Assembly (NCBI GenBank): GCA_041660125.1 | Contig: JBAZWY010000003.1 | Span: forward strand, 164,030 to 228,029 | Origin: Lentimicrobiaceae bacterium | GTDB taxonomy: Bacteria > Bacteroidota > Bacteroidia > Bacteroidales > UBA4417 | DNA: 64,000 nt | Direction: 5' to 3' | The notes under the pieces: generated by a model | What the model was told of the DNA's origin: nothing | Databases searched by the model: none | What the model saw: the letters and a program-made list of their open reading frames with translations, nothing else | Shown: one piece after another, positions 56,362-63,003 of the stretch | How positions within the stretch are numbered: position 1 is the first letter of the stretch | Layout of the letters: every line of letters begins with the position of its first letter | Position numbers and translations under genes: made by a program

Positions 56362-57906
56362 TCAGGCTACTCTCATTTCGCTCTTGTTCTCTGAATTCAA
56401 TCTTCTTTCAGAATGATCGTCTAAAGCTTTATGATTCTCTGTTTCTAATCCTTTGAGTTCATTCAGTAGTTCCGTTAAATTAACAGTAGCATACGTCGAT
56501 GTATGGTCCGACATGGCGTATGGGATAATAAGGTCCTTGCCATGAATAATTGAACCGCACGAAAAAATGGCATTAGGTACTGAGCCTTCTCTCTCAGCTT
56601 CATTTGGCATGATCAAAGGGACATTTAACCTTCCGATTTCCTTTTCCGGGTTATCAAGTTCAAATAATGATGCGCTTATAACGTGTCTATTCATCGGGCC
56701 AACCGCGTGTGTTATAACCAGCCAGCCATCTTCTGTCTCAATCGGCGAACCGGCGTTGCCAATTTGTAAAAGTTCCCATGGATATTTAGGCTGCTGTATG
56801 AGTGTTGCTTCGCGCCAGATATTTATAGTATCCGAATAGGCAATAAAATTACTGACTCCATCAACCCGGCAAAGCATGGCATATTTTCCGTTAATTTTCC
56901 TTGGGAACAAGGCCATTCCTTTATTGTGTACAATTTCACCATACATAGGCAGAACCTTGAAATGATAAAAATCGGTAGTCTTAATTAATTTTGGCATAAT
57001 AGTTATCCCATCATTTGCCGTATAGGTAGCATAATACACGGAATCTCCGTTGTCGTCAGTAAATTTAACAAAACGGGCATCTTCAATCCCCTTTTGCTCT
57101 GACTTTGAAATCGGGAATATAACCCTTTCGGAAATGGCCGAATCAATAGAGAAGTCAATTTCATAATGTGAAGAAGCCAGCCACTTAACTTGATTGATAA
57201 GCAATTCCTTTTCTATTGAGTTCGTCTCATTTGCATCCTTCAGACTTCTCATTAACTCGCCAAATGTAAAGGCATCCCCTAATTTGTCCAGAATAAAAGC
57301 AGGTGAAATTGCAGTTTCCGGATCCTGCATCTCAACCAGTTTCTCCTGAAAAATATTTTTATCGTAAACATGACGTTTGATAACATCGGCTTCAGCCAGC
57401 ATCCTGCCAACCGGTTCAACTGTGAGATTATTATTCCTGTCGAGCACACCTGAACGGAAAACGATGGATGAAATGTGCCCTTCGCCTGTAGCCCTGAAAC
57501 TTAAAATAACACGTTTTTCGTCCTTGTTTAATTCAGTCTGATCCGGATCTTCAACAATAGATGGATTGTAGAATGCAGCAGATTCGATGGAATATTCCAT
57601 TGTGAAAAAGGAACCGATCAGTGCTTTTCGCGATGAACTCAGTTCTTTCACATCAATTTCGAGCAGTTTGAATATATCACTGAGTTTTTCAATATGCTTT
57701 TCAAATGTTCGTGTAATATTTCTGTGTCTGGTCGAAAAGTCTCTTAACAGCGGATTTAGTGCATAATTCACTTCATTTTCAGACATTACAAGCACCGTTC
57801 TGATGATTTCAATGCTTCTGTTTTCCGAGGTAAATAAAAAGCGGGGAATGATGCGGGTGGAGTCAGGTGAAAACTGAGTGCCTTTTCTGATAACTTTAAC
57901 GTGCAT
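56362..57906 (-). CDS. GH130-like glycosidase/phosphorylase-fold protein with an ~190-aa N-terminal extension (paralogue B)
   Basis: 514 aa. The C-terminal beta-propeller-type blocks are GIEDARFVKFTDDNG, MALFPRKINGKYAML, NAGSPIETEDGWLVITHAVG and IPYAMSDH. Confidence 0.65.
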   Translation of the reverse strand: MHVKVIRKGTQFSPDSTRIIPRFLFTSENRSIEIIRTVLVMSENEVNYALNPLLRDFSTRHRNITRTFEKHIEKLSDIFKLLEIDVKELSSSRKALIGSFFTMEYSIESAAFYNPSIVEDPDQTELNKDEKRVILSFRATGEGHISSIVFRSGVLDRNNNLTVEPVGRMLAEADVIKRHVYDKNIFQEKLVEMQDPETAISPAFILDKLGDAFTFGELMRSLKDANETNSIEKELLINQVKWLASSHYEIDFSIDSAISERVIFPISKSEQKGIEDARFVKFTDDNGDSVYYATYTANDGITIMPKLIKTTDFYHFKVLPMYGEIVHNKGMALFPRKINGKYAMLCRVDGVSNFIAYSDTINIWREATLIQQPKYPWELLQIGNAGSPIETEDGWLVITHAVGPMNRHVISASLFELDNPEKEIGRLNVPLIMPNEAEREGSVPNAIFSCGSIIHGKDLIIPYAMSDHTSTYATVNLTELLNELKGLETENHKALDDHSERRLNSENKSEMRVA

Positions 57907-58120
57907 TTTAGTAATTGTTTACTTGTATAGTTACATTAATTAATTGCTGTGCATCGGAATAGTAACTACTTTATTTATGAGAACGACAAATATATTACAT
58001 CATTTAGTCGGGATTACACCACCGGTGCGATATTTATGAACCGTTATTGTTTATAAAAAAAATTGTTCTGTTTAAGAAAAATATACAAAATGACTTTTTT
58101 GTAATCTTATGAAGATTATG

Positions 58121-58279
58121 GTTCCGGGTGCCTGGTTCCGGGTGCCTGGTTCCGTGTGCTGGTTCAATACTTTATTCAAGACATTTCTGCTTTCAATCAG
58201 CAACGAGAATACCTGAAAATACAATAAGGGCTATTTATAACAGTCACTGGCACCCGGCACCCTGTACCCGGCATCCTGT
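58121..58279. repeat. Long imperfect hairpin with tandem-repeat arms (14-bp unit GGTTCCGGGTGCCT)
   Basis: The left arm at 58121-58166 contains about 3 units. The right arm at 58246-58279 (cactggcacccggcaccctgtacccggcatcctg) is complementary. It lies just downstream of the stop of 58284..59873. Confidence 0.85.
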
Positions 58280-58283
58280 ATTA

Positions 58284-59873
58284 TTACTTGTTGTTGCCGG
58301 AAGCTTTCAGCACATCAAGCAGTTCCCTGAGATCAACAGTAGCGTAAGTGGATGAATGATCGGACATAGCATACGGTAGAATCAGATCTTCATTATGAAT
58401 AATTGAACCACACGAATAAATTACATTCGGTACATATCCTTCTCTTTCAGTTTCATTTGGTACCATTAAAGGGGACGATAGTCTTCCAATCTCTTTCTCC
58501 GGATTGTCAAGCTCATACAATGCAGCTCCTAAGGTATATTCTCTCATCGAACCTACTGCATGAGTTATAACCAGCCAGCCATCTTCTGTTTCTATCGGCG
58601 AGCCTGCATTGCCGATCTGTACCAGTTCCCACGGGTATTTGGGCTGCTGAAGAATTTTGGCTTCATGCCAGATGTTTATACTATCCGAAAAAGCGATATA
58701 ATTATTTACACCATCAATCCTGCATAGCATGGCGTATTTCCCGTTGATTTTACGGGGAAACAGGGCCATTCCCTTATTTTGGGCTAACTCACCATTAATA
58801 GGTAATATTTTAAAATTATAAAAGTCTTTTGTACTGATCAACTTTGGCATAATAGCCATACCATCATACGCCGTATAAGTGGCATAATAGGTTACTTCGC
58901 CATCATCATCGGTGAATTTTACAAAACGGGCATCTTCAATACCTCTTTGCTCGGTTGCCGATACAGGAAAAATAACCCTTTCGGAAATGGCTGAATCAAT
59001 TGAGAAAGTAATCTCGTAGTGAGAGGAAGCCAGCCACATCATCCGGTTCATAATTTTAATATGATCTTCGGTTAGTTTGGGGTTCTTTCGTGCTATTTCG
59101 AGATTCTTCATTAATTCGCCATAGGTAAAACTATCTTCAAGCTTATCCATGATAAATGCTGGCGAGATATCTTTTCTATGATCCTGCTTTTTGTCAATTT
59201 TATCAATGATAATTGGTGGGATAACATTTGCCTGGCCTGGTTTTTCATCATGTTTATCCAGAATTGCGGGAGAAATCACATTCCCCTGCTCGTTAAGTTC
59301 AGCCAGTTTAGCCTGAAATGCTTTTTTATCGTAAACATTCCGTTTAATTAGATCAGCTTCAGCCAGCATTTTCCCAACAGGTTCAAGGGTGAGGTTGTTA
59401 TTCCGGTCGAGAAGTCCTGAACGGAAAACCACTGATGAGATATGGCCTTCTCCGGTTGCACGGAAACTGAAGATCACTCTTTTTTCATCCTGTCGTGTTT
59501 CTGACTGATCAGGATTTTCAACAACGGAAGGATTGAAAAAAGCAGCGGACTCGATGGAATATTCCATTGTAAAATAAGAGCCGATAAGTGCTTTCTGCGA
59601 AGCGGTGAGATCATCTTCATTCACTTCAATTTTATCAAATATAGGAGCCAGTTTGTTGAAATGCTTCTCAAATATTTTCGAAATATTCCTGTGACGCCTC
59701 GAATACCCTCTCAACAACTGGCTCATGGCAATGTTTACTTCCTTTTCGGGCATTGCCAATACTTTCCTTATTATATCAGCCGATCTTTCATCGTTCACAT
59801 AAAGGAAACGTGCAATTACCCTGCTTGGATCGGGTGAAAAAATAAACTTCTTTCTGGTTATTGCTACTTGCAT
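58284..59873 (-). CDS. GH130-like glycosidase/phosphorylase-fold protein (paralogue A, with an internal triplicated segment)
   Basis: 529 aa. It is collinear with 56362..57906 and shares GIEDARFVKFTDDDG, MALFPRKINGKYAML, NAGSPIETEDGWLVITHAVG and LPYAMSDH. Confidence 0.65.
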   Translation of the reverse strand: MQVAITRKKFIFSPDPSRVIARFLYVNDERSADIIRKVLAMPEKEVNIAMSQLLRGYSRRHRNISKIFEKHFNKLAPIFDKIEVNEDDLTASQKALIGSYFTMEYSIESAAFFNPSVVENPDQSETRQDEKRVIFSFRATGEGHISSVVFRSGLLDRNNNLTLEPVGKMLAEADLIKRNVYDKKAFQAKLAELNEQGNVISPAILDKHDEKPGQANVIPPIIIDKIDKKQDHRKDISPAFIMDKLEDSFTYGELMKNLEIARKNPKLTEDHIKIMNRMMWLASSHYEITFSIDSAISERVIFPVSATEQRGIEDARFVKFTDDDGEVTYYATYTAYDGMAIMPKLISTKDFYNFKILPINGELAQNKGMALFPRKINGKYAMLCRIDGVNNYIAFSDSINIWHEAKILQQPKYPWELVQIGNAGSPIETEDGWLVITHAVGSMREYTLGAALYELDNPEKEIGRLSSPLMVPNETEREGYVPNVIYSCGSIIHNEDLILPYAMSDHSSTYATVDLRELLDVLKASGNNK

Positions 59874-60176
59874 GAGATTTTAGTTTTCATAACGGGATCA
59901 TCGCTTTGCTGATGTTTTTGACCTTTCGGGGTTGAGTGCAATTTTTGCACTTTACCAATTCAAACATTTTAGTTGAACTGAATTCAGTGCTTTTCAATGC
60001 CCTGGCAGGCTCCTCAACGGTTCGGTTATTTTATTTTTTTACGAAAGTAGTCATTCTGATGGATTTCTTTTTAAAAATTAACAATAAATAAGTGTGTATT
60101 CCCGGGGAAAAGTCAATTTATCAGATACTCTCTTAAAATTGAGGGTGGCGATTTGTGGTGAAAAGAATATACTTTA

Positions 60177-61691
60177 TCACACACTCGCACTTTTAAGCCG
60201 CTTCAGGTTTAGTTTTATTATTTTCCTGAAGTGAAAGCCATATATAGTAAAGGTAATGGAGTTTGCAAATAGTCCTGGGCGCTTAAAGATTGTCCAGAAA
60301 AACAGGTTCCAGAATCGAAAGCCTGACCTGTTCCAGAATCCGATATAAAAAAATGATTTTATAAGTGCCAGCATATAAATGAAACTCATGGGATCCCGCT
60401 TACGCTGGGTTTGATTGTATTCCCTTAAAAACGTTTTTACCCGGGCATAATATGCCTTAGGGGAATAGATTGAAGTTAATAACTTTGTGTAACCTTTGAT
60501 AAGTTCTTCTGATTTCATCTTCGGAACGAAGTTTACCGTGAAGTCGGTGTTGTCGCCCGTTGATTGTTTCAATATCCTGTTTTCATGATGCAGCCGTTGG
60601 TATAGTTTTGTATCAGGCAAGGCTGTCAGCAATCCAACCATTGCGGTTACAATCCCACTCCGCTGAATAAAATCAACCTGCGAATCAAAAATGGAAGAAG
60701 GATCGCTGTCAAAACCGACAATAAATCCGCCCGTCACTTCAAGCCCTGCTTTCTGTAAGGTGTTCACACTCCTGAGCAGATCACGGTTCTCATTTTTAAA
60801 CTTGTTGCACTCCTTCAGGCTGTCTTCATTGGTTGTTTCAATTCCTATAAACACTCTGTCAAACCCGGCTTCGGTCATTCGTTTTATCAATTCATAGTCA
60901 TCTGCCAGTTCAATGGATACCTGTGTGTTAAACGAATGCTGAGTCATAAACTGCGATTGCCATCCGGTTATTGCAGGTAATATCTCTTTTTTTAGCTTAG
61001 GTTTATTCCCGATAAAGTTATCGTCAACAAAAAATATTTCCTTGCGCCATCCTGCGCTATGAATGGCTTCCAGTTCACTAACCACTTGTTCCTTGTTTTT
61101 AGTACGCACTTTCCGGCCAAACAAGAGTGTAATATCGCAAAACTCGCAATCGTAAGGACATCCCCGCGAGTATTGAATATTCATAGTTGCATATTTGCGC
61201 ATATCGATAAGCGACCACATTGGAACAGGTGTATCCGCCAGATCTGCAAATTTGTCCGTGGTATAGAGGTGTTTAGGATTACCCTGGTACAGATCCATCA
61301 GGAATTCAGGCAAAGTCAGCTCAGCTTCGTTCAGCACCAGGTAGTCAACCTCTCCATACTCCTCAAAGTCAGATGTAAACAGCGGTCCGCCGGCAATAAT
61401 TTTTTTATTCTTTGCCTTGCACCTGCGAATGATCTCCCAGGTTGATTTTCGTTGAACATTCATAGCGCTGATCAGCACATAATCAGCCCGGTTTAACAGT
61501 TTTTCGTCAAGTTTTTCAACATTCAGATCCACTAATTTAAGTTCCCAATCGGAAGGCAGCATGGATGCTACCGTCAGAAGACCCAATGGGGGAAGGGCCG
61601 CTTTCCGGTGAATAAACTTCAGGGCATATTTAAAACTCCAGAAAGTTTCGGGGTACTCAGGATATATTAAAAGGGCATTTTTCATCGCCAT
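60177..61691 (-). CDS. B12-binding-domain radical SAM protein (DUF4070-type C-terminus)
   Basis: 504 aa. The N-terminal cobalamin-binding-like Rossmann region is LIYPEYP...PPLGLLTVASML. The radical SAM cluster motif is YSRGCPYDCEFCD. A hydrophobic C-terminal segment follows. Confidence 0.78.
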   Translation of the reverse strand: MAMKNALLIYPEYPETFWSFKYALKFIHRKAALPPLGLLTVASMLPSDWELKLVDLNVEKLDEKLLNRADYVLISAMNVQRKSTWEIIRRCKAKNKKIIAGGPLFTSDFEEYGEVDYLVLNEAELTLPEFLMDLYQGNPKHLYTTDKFADLADTPVPMWSLIDMRKYATMNIQYSRGCPYDCEFCDITLLFGRKVRTKNKEQVVSELEAIHSAGWRKEIFFVDDNFIGNKPKLKKEILPAITGWQSQFMTQHSFNTQVSIELADDYELIKRMTEAGFDRVFIGIETTNEDSLKECNKFKNENRDLLRSVNTLQKAGLEVTGGFIVGFDSDPSSIFDSQVDFIQRSGIVTAMVGLLTALPDTKLYQRLHHENRILKQSTGDNTDFTVNFVPKMKSEELIKGYTKLLTSIYSPKAYYARVKTFLREYNQTQRKRDPMSFIYMLALIKSFFYIGFWNRSGFRFWNLFFWTIFKRPGLFANSITFTIYGFHFRKIIKLNLKRLKSASV

Positions 61692-61776
61692 TGCTCTATA
61701 TACAGCAGCAGGTAAGGGATTTATCCGCGATTTCAGGACTTATTTATACCTCTCTTAAGAGTATAATAAATTTGAA

Positions 61777-61843
61777 TAAAATTACTGCTTTCAGACCTGT
61801 AATTTTTTATATAATTTATGATAAAAGTTACATAATTCACACA
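61777..61843 (-). promoter_or_regulatory. Island promoter module P9 (most degenerate proximal repeat)
   Basis: The minus strand reads TGTGTGAATTATGTAAC-N12-TTATATAAAAA-N19-TAATTTTA. It lies about 85 nt upstream of the start at 61691. Confidence 0.7.
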
Positions 61844-61997
61844 TTTTGCTATATTTTAATACACCTCAATCAGTCACTTCTCCGTTAGAGCCTGGATATT
61901 TTATTATTATATAGCCCGGTAACAATAATTTACAGTATTTACCATGGAATGTTTCTGTGCAAACATTACAAAGCATTATAGGAACGCTGATTTATAA

Positions 61998-62064
61998 GGT
62001 GTGAATAATGTAACTTATTTATGGAATTATGTAATGCATAGTGGAAGTGCCGGGTATATCTTTG
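61998..62064 (+). promoter_or_regulatory. Island promoter module P10, divergent from P9
   Basis: Sequence is GGTGTGAATAATGTAAC-N12-TTATGTAATGC-N19-TATCTTTG. Confidence 0.78.
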
Positions 62065-62146
62065 TGCCTGTAATAGTTTACTACTTAAACAAGATCGAAT
62101 ATGATAAGGACTATTATAAAAAACCAAATTTTAAAAACTTAGAGTC

Positions 62147-62302
62147 ATGGGAAATCTACTTTACATCATCGCGGTAATCCTGGTAATCGCCTGGGCGATC
62201 GGATTTTTTGCATACAGCACCGGAGGCATCATTCATATACTGCTTGTTATAGCAATAATTGCAGTAATATTCAGAGTAATCCAGGGCAGGAGAATATTGT
62301 AA
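62147..62302 (+). CDS. lmo0937-family small membrane protein (51 aa, below the ORF-track cutoff)
   Basis: Manual translation gives MGNLLYIIAVILVIAWAIGFFAYSTGGIIHILLVIAIIAVIFRVIQGRRIL. It is the first ORF after P10. Confidence 0.75.
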   Translation: MGNLLYIIAVILVIAWAIGFFAYSTGGIIHILLVIAIIAVIFRVIQGRRIL

Positions 62303-62325
62303 ATCAAATTTTTAAAACACTTAAT

Positions 62326-62652
62326 ATGAAAAGAATCACATTTGTTGTGATGGCAATGTTCTTGTCGTTAGCATTTTACCCGGGTCAGGCAAATGCTGCA
62401 ACTCTAAAAGAAGCTACACCATCATCAATAGGTGCTACAAATCCTGCTGACGCAGCCAAAGTCAAAGTATTAGAACTAAGGCTAAACGAAATAAACGACA
62501 TGGACAAATCAGGTCTGAAGTCGTCAGAAAAACGCGAATTGCGAAAAGAAGTCCGTTCAATAAAACAGCAACTTCATGAAATGGGCGGTTATGTCTATGT
62601 TTCAGTCGGAACTGTTCTTCTTATCGTTTTATTGCTAATCATTTTATTATAA
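62326..62652 (+). CDS. Secreted, C-terminally anchored coiled-coil protein (paralogue of 29247..29582)
   Basis: 108 aa with a signal peptide. It shares NDMDKSGLKSSEKRELRKEVRSIKQQL and the tail GGYVYVSVGTVLLIVLLLIILL with the 29247 gene. Confidence 0.72.
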   Translation: MKRITFVVMAMFLSLAFYPGQANAATLKEATPSSIGATNPADAAKVKVLELRLNEINDMDKSGLKSSEKRELRKEVRSIKQQLHEMGGYVYVSVGTVLLIVLLLIILL

Positions 62653-62673
62653 ACCATATAAAAAACAGAAATT

Positions 62674-62913
62674 ATGAGTTCAGGAAAAGTAGTATTAGGA
62701 TTATTAGCTGGCATAGCAGCCGGTGCAGTGTTAGGGATTTTACTGGCACCAGACAAAGGATCGGATACCCGGAATAAATTATCAAAAAAGGGGAAGGATT
62801 ACTCAGATTCATTAAAGAATAAATTCGACGAATTTAAAGAAAGCATTACTGAAAAGTTTGAAAAAGTAAAAGGAGATGTTTCCGAATTTACCGAACAGGC
62901 TAAGGCTAAGTAA
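62674..62913 (+). CDS. YtxH-domain general-stress-type protein (second copy)
   Basis: 79 aa. The signature is MSSGKVVLGLLAGIAAGAVLGILLAPDKGSDTRNK. Confidence 0.8.
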   Translation: MSSGKVVLGLLAGIAAGAVLGILLAPDKGSDTRNKLSKKGKDYSDSLKNKFDEFKESITEKFEKVKGDVSEFTEQAKAK

Positions 62914-62932
62914 ATAGGATTGAATTTGTTAT

Positions 62933-62973
62933 AAAAACTGCCTTGGGATGAAATACGTTCAAGGCAGTTTCAA
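62933..62973 (+). terminator. Hairpin, possibly a weak terminator or attenuator
   Basis: Stem AAACTGCCTTG (62935-62945) pairs with CAAGGCAGTTT (62960-62970). The T tract is weak. Confidence 0.45.
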
Positions 62974-63003
62974 TGCTAACACAAATTAAACCAGAGAACT
63001 GTG

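Noticed and set aside
57971-58009. A possible eleventh, degenerate module lies upstream of the second GH130-like gene. The minus strand reads gactaaATGATGTAAT-N12-ctCATAAATaa.
   Set aside because: Only the distal ATGATGTAAT resembles the consensus. The TGTGTGAAT extension is absent and the proximal repeat is poor. The position where the -7 box should lie reads CACAGCAA, with no TTTG.
16047-58279. I considered whether the short tandem-repeat arrays are CRISPR arrays.
   Set aside because: The units are 7-14 bp and directly abutting, with no unique spacers. No cas genes are present. They are simple tandem repeats.
28554-62064. I considered that the TGTAAC ... TGTAAY pair is itself an ECF-sigma promoter. 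TGTAAC resembles the -35 of B. subtilis SigX/SigW-type promoters, and a GTAA-containing -10 would follow after about 16 nt.
   Set aside because: All ten copies carry an additional box at a fixed 21-nt distance downstream of the proximal repeat. It always keeps the TTTG (TTTA in P9), and five copies match TAnnTTTG fully. That box fits the normal Bacteroidota -7 element and places the repeats at about -34 to -63. The two repeats are also direct copies of each other, which suits a dimeric activator better than a -35/-10 pair. No sigma or anti-sigma gene is present in the window. The idea is not fully excluded, and TSS mapping would decide it.
28554-62064. I considered that the TGTGA at the start of the distal element is a CRP/FNR-type half-site.
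   Set aside because: No inverted TCACA partner occurs at the required 6-bp spacing in any of the ten copies. The conserved partner is a direct repeat 21 bp downstream.
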